Shown here in pieces: positions 12,756 through 25,855 of a stretch of 64,000 nucleotides of DNA. The notes below the pieces were generated by a model. That model was not told the DNA's origin. It saw nothing but the letters and a program-made list of their open reading frames with translations, and did no database searches. The stretch comes from Paragordius varius (Eukaryota; Animalia; Nematomorpha). The DNA is taken from contig OZ176050.1 of assembly GCA_964247055.1 (NCBI GenBank), positions 12,152,001 to 12,216,000 of the forward strand, read 5' to 3'. Position 1 is the stretch's first letter. Each line of letters opens with the position of its first letter. A program made the position numbers and the translations under genes.

Positions 12756-14872
12756 ATGTCTTACCGTACGCTTGGTCCTAAACCCAAACCTTTTCAGTTT
12801 ACAGAAGATGGGGAAAAGTACTATTTGGGCTCGGAGGTTGATACATAGTTATATTTAGATTGGTAACTATATAAGACAATTTCGTGGATCTCTATACAAA
12901 AAGTATCCCTCGCTTTGGCGACGTATAGCAACTCCCGAGGAAAAGCGTCATATAATGAAATTAGGTGATATTAGTAAATAATTTTATGGCCTGATGCTTA
13001 TTGCACGCTTTTGGCTATTAAATGTAATACTTTTACTTTTTGATATTTTAGGCGTATCACAACACACTATTGTTGCGAATATTACATTGATAAAGTATTC
13101 CGAAGCGGAAGAAATACTAAGCGGGCATGATGAAAAATATAAAGCACTTTCTCTGTCCCCAACAGTTGCCACAAACACTAATGAAACCAAGTAAAATTAA
13201 ATTGTTTTTTAGCCATTTCACAAAAATATTTTGTTTATACAGTGTATTTATTTTAATACTTTTGAATTTTTTTAGCTTTATAAATTTAGGGTAAAAATAA
13301 TAATCTATTTAAAATTCAGGGCTAATAGGGCTAGTTTATTAATTTTTTGTTTTTTCATTTTGGATTTTAATTTTAAAAAATTTTCCATTTTAAAAATATT
13401 TTATTTTAGTATTCGTGGCTCATTTTAATAAAAAAATTACCTAATTTAAAAAAATAATGCAAAACTTGAGTCTGAATACAAAAAATAAAGTAGCAGGCTT
13501 ATAACGCATACATTTTACTTGAATTGTTAGTCGTTTTCCCCCCTAACATTTTTAATTTTGGCCTAAATTTTGAAATTTAAGTGTTTAACGGTGATATAAA
13601 AGTTTAGATGATATATATTTTATTTAAATTAATCACACATATGTGTTTAAACCATTAGAGATAGTAAAATTGGGAAACGGAGTACGGCAGTAAATTTATT
13701 GCTTGCAAGTGCTGGTAACATGACTGTTTCTGCAAACCCAAGTAAATTATAAAAAGTTTTCTTTTCAAAATTGGTATGAATTTTTGTAATTTCAATCAGT
13801 ATATATATAGATATATTGTATTATATTGTCACACAATCAATATGATATGAAAGCGAATTTATTTATAATTTTTTATTTGTATGCCACAGCATTTAAATTT
13901 TATGTTATGCCGTGGGTAAATTTAAATTCATTTTTATTTATACTTTACCATATAACAGTTTTTACATTAAATAATGATCATTCCATAAAAAACTTTTTTT
14001 ATAAATATGTTTCTATACACATTTCCAAAATTGAAAACGAAATATAAATTTTACTTTAATATTTTAAAAGTTTATCGCATCTTACCCAAATTAATATTCA
14101 AAATAACCTTGGAAATATGTTTTTAAGTAGAACCACTAATGTAGGGACTTGATCATCCTTTAAAGAGACATATGACTTTAATATTGTTTTTTCCCGAACA
14201 TTATTTAATTTTCGAAAAATGGAAATGAAATATATCTTTTTAATTTAGCATTAATATTAACTTTATAAAATTATTATAAAAGGTAATACATCTTTTCGTG
14301 AAAGTGGTGGGCCAGGAAATTTATCTTTGAGTGGTTCTACCAATCTGGGCACTTCTTTTAGCGGAACAGCCTTAAATACAGTCCCTGGTTCACAATCATC
14401 AAATTGGAATAATTCTTACCATCTTGATGCTGTGCCTTCGGCTACGCCTGTTACGCGTTGTCGCATCAATAAACGGATTAAAAAGTTGGTTTTACACAAT
14501 CTACTTTTGACTTTGAAAACATAAATAATATTTTCACATACAATTACAACCATGTTTTGAGCCTTATTTTTTAAATATATTTACCTATCGTTTTATGTAA
14601 TATTACGCGTTGTCGCATAAATAAACGGATTAAAAAGTTTGTTTTACACAATCTACTTTTTATAAAAGACAAAACATGCAAAACAACTATATAACATGTA
14701 TGTTTTGGGTTACAAATGAAGAGATGTAAATTATAAAGACAAAACATGCAAAACAACTATATAACATGTATGTTTTGGGTCGCAAACGAAGAGCTGTATT
14801 TTATAAAGACAAAACTTAAAAAATAAAAGACAACCACATTTTTTGAACCTCATTTTTTCACATACACACACA

Positions 14873-14908
<36 letters not shown>

Positions 14909-17340
14909 TATTTCTATTTGTTGGCAATATGATGTTATACATATATAATATAAATTGTATTAGTTATGCGTAATTGATTATTTATCATTAATTAGATGGA
15001 CTCAACTAAATTACTCATTTCGTATAAAATATATGTAAATTTCAATATTATCTACAATATTTTTAGCTATGATGATATTTTGAACCATGACTTAAGTGCT
15101 TTGATTAATATCCTTAATAATAATACGCACATGATTCCACCCAATGTATTGTATGCCAATCTCGAGGGCTCTAAAGTTAGTTTTATTTTAATTCAAAAAT
15201 ATTTCAAGACTTAATTTCTTAATCAGTATTCTATGGAAATATATTTTCATCATCACTTACGATTGCTATGAAAGATTTATCCCTATATGATTGCTATGAA
15301 TATAAATACTGTAAAATTTTGGCCATATTTATGTAGTCTATTGTTTATATTGTTACTAAATTACAAGAAAAATTTATTTTATGATAAAACATATAAAGTT
15401 AAAAAAATACTGTAACGAAAAACTTTATTTTTAATCCTTGTTTTTTACTTTTACCATTATGGAAAAGAGCATTAAATGTATTACTTAGTTGCATCTCTAA
15501 TCTTAACGCAATCCTAAACGTGAGCTTATTTTAAAAATGCGGTTTTCAAAATACGTCAAAATTGAATTATTTAACATTTTAGTGATATTATCAACGCCTT
15601 TCACTCATAAAATTTTCATCAATTCTTATAAAATATACCCAAAATTTTTTATACTATGTAGTATCTTTTTCAATGAATAACAACTGAGATGAAAAACTAT
15701 ATTATTTAGATATAAAAATTATTTTTTTGTTTCAATTATTATTAATATTAATAATTGTTAATATATGTTTTTTGTCCTTAAATATTTAATTTACCGTATT
15801 TATTAGAATGAAAATGATAATAATTCTCAAACGATGATTCGTTATTTGCCTGAACAATTGGTCCCTATAAGACTTGATATGGAAATTGAAGGAACCAAAA
15901 TTCGAGATTGCTTTATTTGGGATCGCAGTTTATATTCAACATTAACATCATCTAACACTGGACAAAGTAAATATTTAACAAATTAATGATATGTTATCGA
16001 TATTGTTTTTTAGGGGTAGTTTATATATATGTATATAGATGATCTCAGTATTGTATGTTTGTTGTATTATTGGTTTTTGTAAATGCTATCTCAAAATTTA
16101 AACCACAAGTTCATTTATTTATGCGTTCAAGTATGAATTCATTTTAAATAATGGAAATTTTTGTTAAAAGCCCTTTTTTAATTTTTTAATAATTTAAGCT
16201 CTAAAATTTTAGTTTATAATGCAACTTTATCAATAATTATTAATAACATTTGCCTTTTAATTCGTTCCTCAAAAAAGGAATAAGGGTGCCATTGAATATA
16301 TTTTTTTATATATAGTAAGAGAACGCTTTCTTTTATAATTTTGATCCAAAAAATGAAAAACTAACTTCATGATTTGCAATTTACACTATCCATATATTTC
16401 TTATTAGTGCAAGTTTCCATATTGAAAATATTTTTTCTAATTTATCTTTGAAACCTTTAAGCAAAGCCATATTTTTCCAAAGTGTGTGGTATATCTTCAT
16501 GTTTAAAATATACAGCATTACACCTTATCTCAATTTTAAAAGTTTGGTTAAGTTAATTATAGATATAAAATATGATGAAAATATATGTTTTACGGTACTT
16601 TTTTAGGCAACCAATCATTCTTAGAGGATCCACGAAGGTTTTTGGAAGCATTCGTCGAGATATTTTGCGAAGACTTGGGACTTTTACCCATCTCGACATA
16701 TGCTCCCTCTATAATCGCTGCTCTAAAACAACAAATTGAATGTCACATGGATAACTTTTATTATCCCCCTTTAGCTGTATGTATACATATATACTTCGGC
16801 CAAATATATATTATCTGGTTGTTATATTTTTGAATGTTGTAAAGATCCGATCAATTTTGAATATCTTTGATTAGTTTAAAGATAATTTGATTTTTTCGAA
16901 ACACATTATTGTTATAAAACATAAAATAATGGTATAAAATTTAAATTTAATTTCAAAAAATATTTTTTATAATTTTTTCAAATAATGTTTTTGACAAGTT
17001 ATATTTTAACGATTAGCTTCATTTCGTTTGGTGTAGCAACAACATATATTTTACATTCGTGGTGTAAAAAGCTGACTCTCATAAACGGTCAAACAGATAT
17101 TATTTTCCTGTTAAACCCTAATTTTAATTAACTAAATATATTAGTATGTGGCTATTTTTTATTACGGTATCATAAAGGCTAATTTTGGTTAGAAATACAG
17201 TCATGATTAATGGTACCGTAGTTTTGATCATTTTTAACATTGAATACATAATGAAAATATCAAATCATGGTATAAAGTTTAATTTATATGTAAAAAAAGA
17301 TATGAAATGAAGCTCTGATTGATCTTTTGTCCAATCTATT

Positions 17341-17387
<47 letters not shown>

Positions 17388-19988
17388 GCGTTTATCATTT
17401 TAATTTACCTGTGATAACTCATCATTGCATTCCTAAAACCGATTCCCAGGTATATGTGAAAAAAATCAAAAATATTACAGCACTACCCACAAATTTATTG
17501 AATTATATCCAAAATACAGAATTTATATCATAATTTATCTGAATATAGGTTAAGTTTTAAAAATTTTAATTCATTACATTCAGATTACGGATAAAACTAC
17601 TGTTGATAACGATACTGCATTTACTGCGCGAACACTTCGAAAAGATGACAAAAAAACCATTAGTCCAAAAGTTAAACGTATAGCAGGTAACCCCAATGAA
17701 AATGACTCTTTTGAAAAACTCAAAAATAGTAACGATATTGATATGCTAGAAAACTCTGATTTTAATAAAGACCGTGTTGATGATGAATATCGAAAGCCAT
17801 CATCACTAAAAATTTCGGAAGAATTGCAGGAGACAGATGGGAATCCAGATGACTTACAAACAATTCCTAAAACAAATGAATTGCGACCTAAAGAAATTGT
17901 CAAAGGCCCCTTTTCACTAGATCAAAGGGTTGTTATAAAGGTAATTTTGCTATTTAAATTTGATATGATTATAAACGATTATGATATAATTTTTAAATAT
18001 TGTTTGTCGCTTATATGAATAATAAAAATATTTTTAAAAAGCTAACGGCGTCTGACATAAATAACATTTGTATAACAAATTTCATTTAAGACTAAAGGAA
18101 TCGAAATCGTTTTTATCAAAACCATTCTTTTTGGGACCAAAAACATGCAAAAATTAATATTTGTTTTTTTTTCAATTTTTATTACAAGCTTGGAACTAAA
18201 ATGTTTCAATTCTGATTAAAATTTTCCTCAAACTTTTTTTAAAATAAATTATGTGAAACTCTTATAAGGTTAAATACTTTATTAACTGTTCTTAATAGCT
18301 CAATATACATGTGGGGAATGTTAGTTTAGTTGATCAATTTGAATGGGATATCTCTGATCCCAACAATGATCCAGAACTTTTTGCCAATGTGTTGTGCCGA
18401 GAATTGGGTCTTGGTGGGGAGTTTGTTACCTCAGTTGCTTACAGTATACGGGGACAAATTGCGTGGCATCATAAAACTTATGCATTTAGGTTAGTTATAA
18501 AACAAGATATCAAAGAACGGATTTTTACTATAAAATTATTAAGACAAAGTTTATTCATAGATACAACCATCAGGAAATATATAATTGGATGTCAATTACA
18601 TTTTTATTCCTTATTTTGTATACCTAACGATGAGTTGGTTATATGGAATAATATCATAAATGTTGCCTTTTGTCGTAATGTTTTGTCTGTATAATAATTT
18701 TTACTGTAACATGAAAGTTTTGGCATCGATACATGGAAATAATAAACGGTAACGGTTGGATTAATTATGTCGATTAGGTGCACCAAAATTTGATTTGCTT
18801 TATTTTTTATTAAATATTTTAATGATTGTTTATAAGGATAATTAAAATGTTTACCAAGTATTCAAGTGCGATGCAATATTTATATTTGTGTTAAAGTATG
18901 CATTTTCGGCTATATTTAAAAGTTTTTTTAATTATTTATTAATAAAATTAGTGTCACCAACAAGATTATTTGCTTTCCCAAATGTTTCGAAAAATTAATT
19001 CTTTAATCACAGCTAATTCTGACTTTTAAATGTGGTTAAAATTTAGTTAGTTTGTTACGCCTTTAAAACCATTCGGAACATGTTTTTATAAAGTCAGTAT
19101 TAGAAGAATAAAACGAATCTTATTTCCAAAAGTTACATTAATTGATTTTTATCCATATATTTGCGTTTGTTAATATCCAAAAACACAAATGCAAATTTAT
19201 TGAATCTCTGCAAATTACAACTATTAGGCTATAAAGCAAAAATATAATCCCAAACTGTACCGATTGTGTGTTAAAAAAGTCTATAATCTGTAAAAAAATA
19301 TTTTGATTATCCCAAAACTTTATGATTTTATTCGTTAGACCTCTTTTTAAAAAAATGATTCATGGACAAAAAGCTCATAAATATTTTGCGTTTTTATGCC
19401 GTCCCACGATAGAGATATATTTGATCTTTCTTAATTATTTTTTGTGAGTTAAGTAGAATACTATATATTTTAATCCAATATTGACACTGCATTAATTTTG
19501 AACCAGAAAACATTTTTCTTTCTCATATTATTTAGTCGATTACATTTACTGGTAATTACTCCTGTCTAAAATGTTGTAAACTAATTTATTTTATCTGTTC
19601 TTTAATTTTGGAATTGCTTTAAATACAGTGAAGCTCCATTGCCTACACTTGAATCAGCTTTTCGAAACCCAAACGAAGTGGACAATTGGTGTCCGTGCAT
19701 GGAAACGTTGACTGATGCTGAGATGGAGAAAAAAATAAGGGACCAAGATAGAAATACTAGGTTTTTTATTACTGAATTTAATTATACCAATTGGTTATTA
19801 AAAAATATTATATTAGTGTCTATTTTATAATATATAAGGTAATATTATATTAAAATACCTGATTTAATAACACTTGTAAGATTCGTTATAATTTTGAAGT
19901 GGTAGATTTACATTTTATAAACACCGTAAATATATTTTGTATATTTAGGCGAATGCGAAGATTAGCAAACATTGCTCCAGCTTGGTAA
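12756..19988 (+). CDS. SMARCB1: SWI/SNF subunit SNF5/SMARCB1; 11 exons: 12756-12836, 12859-12964, 13052-13190, 13659-13741, 14283-14484, 15067-15175, 15807-15966, 16607-16776, 17584-17940, 18299-18489, 19629-19760, 19949-19988 (12 segments listed including the terminal one)
   Basis: [15 protein letters not shown]...GSE|[56 protein letters not shown]|[17 protein letters not shown]...[59 protein letters not shown]-stop. Phases are consistent throughout. Confidence 0.97.
14603..14660 (+). repeat. ~58-bp local duplication of the SMARCB1 exon 5 3' end and its donor site (source 14451-14509)
   Basis: TTACGCGTTGTCGCAT(C/A)AATAAACGGATTAAAAAGTT(G/T)GTTTT...ACACAATCTACTTTT occurs twice. Confidence 0.9.
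14661..14815. repeat. 70-bp tandem repeat, ~2.2 copies
   Basis: Unit starts TATAAA(A)GACAAAAC at 14661, 14731 and 14801. Confidence 0.9.
17344..17385. repeat. (TA)n microsatellite; others at ~14878-14902, 32188-32209, 39655-39679, 43170-43197, 63414-63438
   Basis: Directly visible. Confidence 0.95.
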
Positions 19989-20057
19989 TAAAGATGAACA
20001 TGGCAGATCTCAAAATTATATATTAAATTTATAAATATTGTAATAGAAATGTGTAAT

Positions 20058-20378
20058 TTATAAATATTTATGTAATTCATCTTTGGTGAAATTTCGAATT
20101 TCAGATAATATCGTGAATTCATCTTTATTCATAGAAGGTAATTGAATATCTTTAGCAGTTATCCAATTAAACAGATCAATTTCATTGTAATTATTGATAA
20201 GCGTGTCATATTTAATAAGGTTTTGATTTGAATAGCATGGTAAACGTATTTTAGCGAAATTGTGCAAAATTATTCCCAACTCTTTAGTGCCTCGATATTT
20301 GCTTTGGTATAATAAACGATCATAAAATTGTTTCGAACTCGCTTTAGCCAATTGGGTATAATACCTTGCTAAAAACAT
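20058..20378 (-). CDS. SDHAF2: Succinate dehydrogenase assembly factor 2 (Sdh5), intronless, 106 aa
   Basis: MFLARYYTQLAKASSK (transit-peptide-like) followed by RLLYQSKYRGTKELGIIL...YDTLINNYNEIDLFNWIT, the Sdh5/SdhE signature. The start codon is inferred. Confidence 0.9.
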   Translation of the reverse strand: MFLARYYTQLAKASSKQFYDRLLYQSKYRGTKELGIILHNFAKIRLPCYSNQNLIKYDTLINNYNEIDLFNWITAKDIQLPSMNKDEFTILSEIRNFTKDELHKYL

Positions 20379-20757
20379 TTTTTTGATAGCTTCATTCGTC
20401 ACATGTAAAAAATAAAATAAAAATTGAAAACAAATATATTCTGATAATGTATCAGAATTATAATGTCCTTATAATTTTGGTACGAATGATTTAAAAAAAA
20501 TAACTAAGATTAACTACTAAGGTTCACCACATTACAAAAAAATTACTATATGGTAAAGTACTAATAAAGTGAACAAACTTGTGTTAAAAATAATGGATTC
20601 CGAAAATCTGATTTTTTTTGCCTTTTTACAAAAAATATATTTTTAAAAAATTAATACTTTTTAGAAAAATTTTGTGGAAGCGTACTTTATACTTTTTTAA
20701 TAATTAAAACGATATAAAACTTTGGATATTATAAAACATTTTTTCTACAAAATTTAA

Positions 20758-21319
20758 CACTTCGATTCAAATTGGGGTATCTAAATATAGACTTAATTTA
20801 AATAGATAATTTTAAAAAACTACTGAAGAAAACGGTCCCAATTTATAATTATGCTTCTATCCTGATAAATATTATAATTATATGCCAAAATATCTTGATA
20901 GTTTTGAAAAAAAAAGCTCCATCTCAAACTACTTCGACGCCATTTTTATTTTACAAAATTTTTGCAAAATATCGTCTTTATATAATTTAAAGGGTAAAAC
21001 TAAAGTTTTATATAAATTACATCTAACATTGATAGAAATAGAAAAAGCGGTTTAGTTTGTATAATTTTTCAATTTTACAATTTGACACACGTCACGTTGA
21101 CGAAATTTTACCTTTCGGTTTTAGCTTAAAATAAGTAATATCAAGTATTTTTGAATAAATTTTTATACATATTTCGGTTTATTAATGTTATATAAGTGCA
21201 AAATTTTGCCATGATGTTGATCCCTTTACTTTTTATGTATTTGATTTTAAACAGGCCTGGGGTATCCTACTACCCCAATTTGAATCGAAGGACTAAAATG
21301 AGCGTGTTGTATCCAAGTG
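20758..21319 (-). mobile_element. piggyBac-like non-autonomous element, copy A (562 bp)
   Basis: TTAA|CACTTCGATTCAAATTGGGG ... GTGTTGTATCCAAGTG|TTAA. Confidence 0.85.
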
Positions 21320-21434
21320 TTAATGATGCTGAATATTTCTATCACCTCAGGATTTCGATTTTTGAATACAACACGTTAATTCCAGTTCCATTCTAATTCG
21401 GATAGTTGGATACCCCAGGTTTGTTCGAAATTAA

Positions 21435-21994
21435 CACTTGGATACAACACATTTATTTTAGTCCTTCGATTCAAATTGGGGTAGTTAAATACCCCAGGCC
21501 TGTTAAAAATTAAAGTCTTTAAAAAAATATGAATTGAAACCATAGTAAAATTTTGCACTTATATAACATTAATAAACCGAAATATAAAAAATTTTATTCA
21601 AAAATATTTGATATTACTTATTTTAAGCTAAAACCGAAAGTTAAAAATTTAGTCAACATGACCTATGTGCAATGGTAAAATTGAAAAATAATACAAAATA
21701 AACCGATTTTTCTATCAAAGTTAGATGTAATTAAATAAAAAAATAACTTAAATATTACCCTTAAAATTAAATGAAAACGATATTTTTCAATAATTTTGTA
21801 AAAAAAATGGCGTTGAAGTAGTTTGACATGGAGTTTTTTTTTCAAACAAAATTTTATTTAGATATTTTAACATATTTATATAATTTTTATTAGGATAGAA
21901 GCATAAATTGGGACCGTTTCTTTCAGTAGTTTTTTAAAAATCCTAACTCGAATTTTTACTGGGGTATTTAGATACCCCAATTTGAATCAAAATG
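21435..21994 (+). mobile_element. piggyBac-like element, copy B, nested in older copy C (~21358-21430 + 21995-22390)
   Basis: TTAA|CACTTGGATACAACAC...CCCCAATTTGAATCAAAATG. The flanks on both sides are consecutive degenerate parts of the same consensus, and copy C ends CGGGTG|TTAA at 22390. Confidence 0.75.
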
Positions 21995-22480
21995 TTGGAG
22001 ATCGAAACCATGGCAAATATTTGCTATATAACATTAAACCAAAATATATAAAATTATTTAAAAATACTTGATATTAATTATTCTAAGGTAGACAAACCAT
22101 ATTAAAAATTTAGTCAACATGACACATATGTGCATTAGATAAATTTAAATACAAAACAACCATTTTTTCCGTTTCTACTAATGTTATATGTGATTTAAAT
22201 AATAAATTAGTTTTAATTTTAACTTAAGAATTAAATAAAGTTTTTTCATTTACATAGATATTTCGGCTTATTCATTTAATTTCTATAAAGTGAAAAGCCT
22301 GAATTTTAATTGGGACCTTTTCTTTTGTTTTTTAAAAATATCAACTTAAACACAGTCTGGGTGTTTAGATACCCGAATTCAAATCGGGTGTTAAAATATT
22401 TGTGTGTCCAAATTTATGTTCTGTTTTTATATAAATTCACCAATATTTGAGAGTAATTTTCAAATTCTGAAGCTATTTAA

Positions 22481-24367
22481 CACTTCGATTCAAATTGGGG
22501 TAACTAAATACCCCAGACTAAATTTGAGTTAAGATTTATAAATAACTACTGAAGGAATCGGTCCCAATTTAAATATATGCTTCTATCCTAATAAAAACTA
22601 AATATGTAAAAAAGTTCCATGTCAAACTATTTCGACGCCATTTTTATTTTACAAAATTTTTTTCTTGTTCTCATTTAATTTTAAGGGTAAAATTACAGAT
22701 AATTATTTATTTAAATTACATCTAATATTGATAGATATAGAAAAAGCTATTTTTTAGTATTATTTTTCAATTTTACCATTGCACACATGTCACGTTGACT
22801 AATGTGACCAGATAGGCTGTTTTTCGCAGTACAGTACTGGATTTTCAGAAAAAAACTGCGACTGTACTGCGCCAAATTTTGTACAGCTTTTTGAAATTAA
22901 AAAATAATTATTTATGATTATATATTGATTATCTTTTGTTTATTTAAAAAAATTATTTTAGAATTTGATATAGTACCCTCTGAATCACCCCATAATTTTT
23001 AGTTCATTTTGCGGTAAAAAAATAAGATTGGCTTATTTTTAATTGGTCATTATTTTATTTTCCGCTCGAACTATACATAAAATTGGATTTTGGATCGGTC
23101 AACCGATTATGATTGCAGCCTTTCGCCTAATGGCGAACTATAAATCTCGGACTTCACCGTAAGATTCAGGCTAATGGCTCTTTCACTCAGGGCTTCCGCA
23201 AAAAGAGATGCCTCAAAATTTAAAATTAACAAAATTAATTTAAGATATTTTAATAAATGTTGGATCAAGTTTAAAAAGTTCATTTTTTACTATAATTATA
23301 CGGAAAATTATATAGAAAATTGTTATTCCCGTAAATATTATTTAAAATTTACTATAAATGGCATATGATGTCGAAAAAACCTTTTTTGATAAAATAAGTG
23401 TTTTTACGTTTTCTATACTCATTAGGTGGGAGGTTTGATAATACTAATTTTTTTTTCTAATTAATTTTCTTTAGTGTTCTTATTTTTTGCATAAACAAAT
23501 TTGAGATATTTTATTAAGGCTTACTTCTAACGATTTTGAAGCATGATGGAAACGGTTTAACGCTTTAAGATATAATAAAACTTTTTTTCTAAATTGATGT
23601 TGAACAATCACAATTATAATTTAAAGGTTTGTTTGCTTGCAAATTTTGGTGAATTTTTGTAAAAAAACACAATTTACATAAATTGAATATATTAACAAAA
23701 TTCTGATTGAGAAATTAGCATTATCGAATTATATGTAGTTATAACTTCTCAACCGTTTATATCGTTTCCATCATGCTCAAAGCTTCCACAAAATCATGCT
23801 AAAAATTTTGAAAGTATCCATTTTTTAAAAAATATATTTAGTGGTCAAAATTTAGCACATATTTAAAATTATTGCACAATGTCGAAATTTCGCGTTTATT
23901 TTAATTAAACAGTCCATTTTGAAAGGGCCCAAAAATTGGGACTTTCAGAGCCTACATCTAAAAATTTGACCCAAAAGCACCATGATCATCCTGATATTTT
24001 CCTATCAGAATATATATATTTTATCTGGATATTTTTTTGTGGAAACTGTGAAATATACCACACCGATGTTGTAAATACAGGCAAAGTATGTTTTAATTTT
24101 GTACTGCGTTAGAGTTCAAAATATCTGGTCACATTAACGTTGACTAAATTTTTACCTTTCAGTTTTATCTTAAAATAAGTAATATCAGGTTTTTTTGGGT
24201 GAAATTTTTTATATATTTGTGTTTAGTAATGTTATATAAGTGCAAAATTTTGCCATGGTTTTGATTCCTTCCATATTTTTTAAAGTATTTAATTTTAAAC
24301 AGGCCTGGGGTATCCAAATATCCCAATTTGAATCGAAATACTGAAACGAATGTGTTGTATTTAAGTG
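22481..24367 (-). mobile_element. piggyBac-like element, copy D, interrupted by a hAT insertion
   Basis: TTAA|CACTTCGATTC at 22481; the consensus resumes after 24144 and ends TTAAGTG|TTAA. Confidence 0.8.
22800..24136. mobile_element. Non-autonomous hAT element (1337 bp) with perfect 8-bp TSD
   Basis: TIRs TAATGTGACCAGATA / TATCTGGTCACATTA, with TSD ACGTTGAC at 22792-22799 and 24137-24144. A minus-strand remnant ALSERAISLNLTVKSEIYSSPLGERLQS resembles the hAT dimerisation domain. Confidence 0.9.
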
Positions 24368-25855
24368 TTAAACTACCCAATGAGCGTTTGTGGTGCTCAA
24401 TTTCAACTTTGCAAAATGTGAGGGAAAATTCGTAAATTTTTGAATTGGTTTTATACATGTCAGTTATAAGAGCGGTCATGAAATAAAACCTTTCTAGCCA
24501 TAGAGCTCTGCATATCCGTGTAACTTTCATTTTTGTTTCGCTGTATTCCCATCATCTATCTCATTGTACAGGCCCCAATTTCTCTTTCATTTGATTATTG
24601 ACTATTATTTGGCTATATAGGGTATATCTCCTTTTGATGTACCCAAACGTGGTCGAATTGTATTCTTTCTGATATTGGTGTAATATAAGTGCCACAAATT
24701 AATTAACTTTTAACTTTGTTCTCTCCAACACTACACATCATCCTAACCATTTTCATTTTTTCAACATTCTAATTCCTATTTTTGATGATTTATCTTTCTT
24801 GATAAATAATCGTGAATTAAATCGAACCGTTTTTACCTATTTTGACTTTAACACTTTAATCAGAAAAAGCACTTGAGTTTTTTTCCAATTAAACCAACTG
24901 CTCTCAGTCGTAAATCAATATTAGTTAAAGAACCATCTGAATTTAACATCCCATAAACTAGTAACTTAGTATGGTGATGGCTAATTACTCCCAAATTGGT
25001 TTTCAAATTACATAAGCACTCACATGTGAAAACGTGTAAAACAGTAATTTAAAAATCTTTACCAGACTTTTGCCAAGCCCAACTTTGGCACTTCAGGAAC
25101 TCTTTTCATAATAAAATAATAATCCATTTGAGCTACGGGTAATTAAAAAACATGGCTACCAATTATTTAAACCGAAAGACCTTTTGAAAAATTGAAACCG
25201 TTTTACCCGAAACTGTTTAAAATGTGTGAACCTGTAAAAATAGTACAAAATTGAATATTCCGTTTCTAACCCCTAATAACATCGATGCCGAGAAGTTATG
25301 TTGACTTGATAAGTTCTAATAGGACCATAACTATTATTAAGAAAATTATTACATATCGTGGTAAGTTGTTTATTTTAAAAGGTTTAATAAAGTTATGTGA
25401 TGGAGTAATTGTATTCTCTTTGTGGAATTTTAGGAAAACTTTATTAAATAAATAGATACCTATTATACCAAAAGAGATAAAAAATATTATAAAAATACAA
25501 AAATATTTTTCTTTATTAGTCTACAAATATACCACAAAATATATAAATAATATATCAAATATTTATAAAGCAATATATCGATTTGGGTTAGATTTACAAT
25601 TTAATTATATAATAAATTAAATATTTTTTGAAAAGGTATTTAATTACTAAAATATTGCAACATAAATTTATCATGAATGTATGATGAGCTTCTTATTTTT
25701 GCATCAAACACGAAAAATTAATAAAAAATAATTGAATTTGATGTTTAAAAAGTTTTGTGCCATGTTAATAGATGATTCGAGAGATATGGGAAGCTAAAGC
25801 ATACAAGTTTTGCATTGCATTAAGTAAAGTTTGTTTTTGTAGAAGACCAAATCAA

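Noticed and set aside
14661-14815. CRISPR-like array
   Set aside because: It is a plain 70-bp tandem repeat without unique spacers, inside a eukaryotic intron.
23090-23230. GC-rich stretch with several hairpins (TTCGCC-TAAT-GGCGAA etc.) suggesting a structured ncRNA or ribozyme
   Set aside because: It fits no snRNA, tRNA, HDV or hammerhead consensus I know. The minus strand reads ALSERAISLNLTVKSEIYSSPLGERLQS, resembling a hAT dimerisation domain, and it lies inside a TSD-bounded hAT element.
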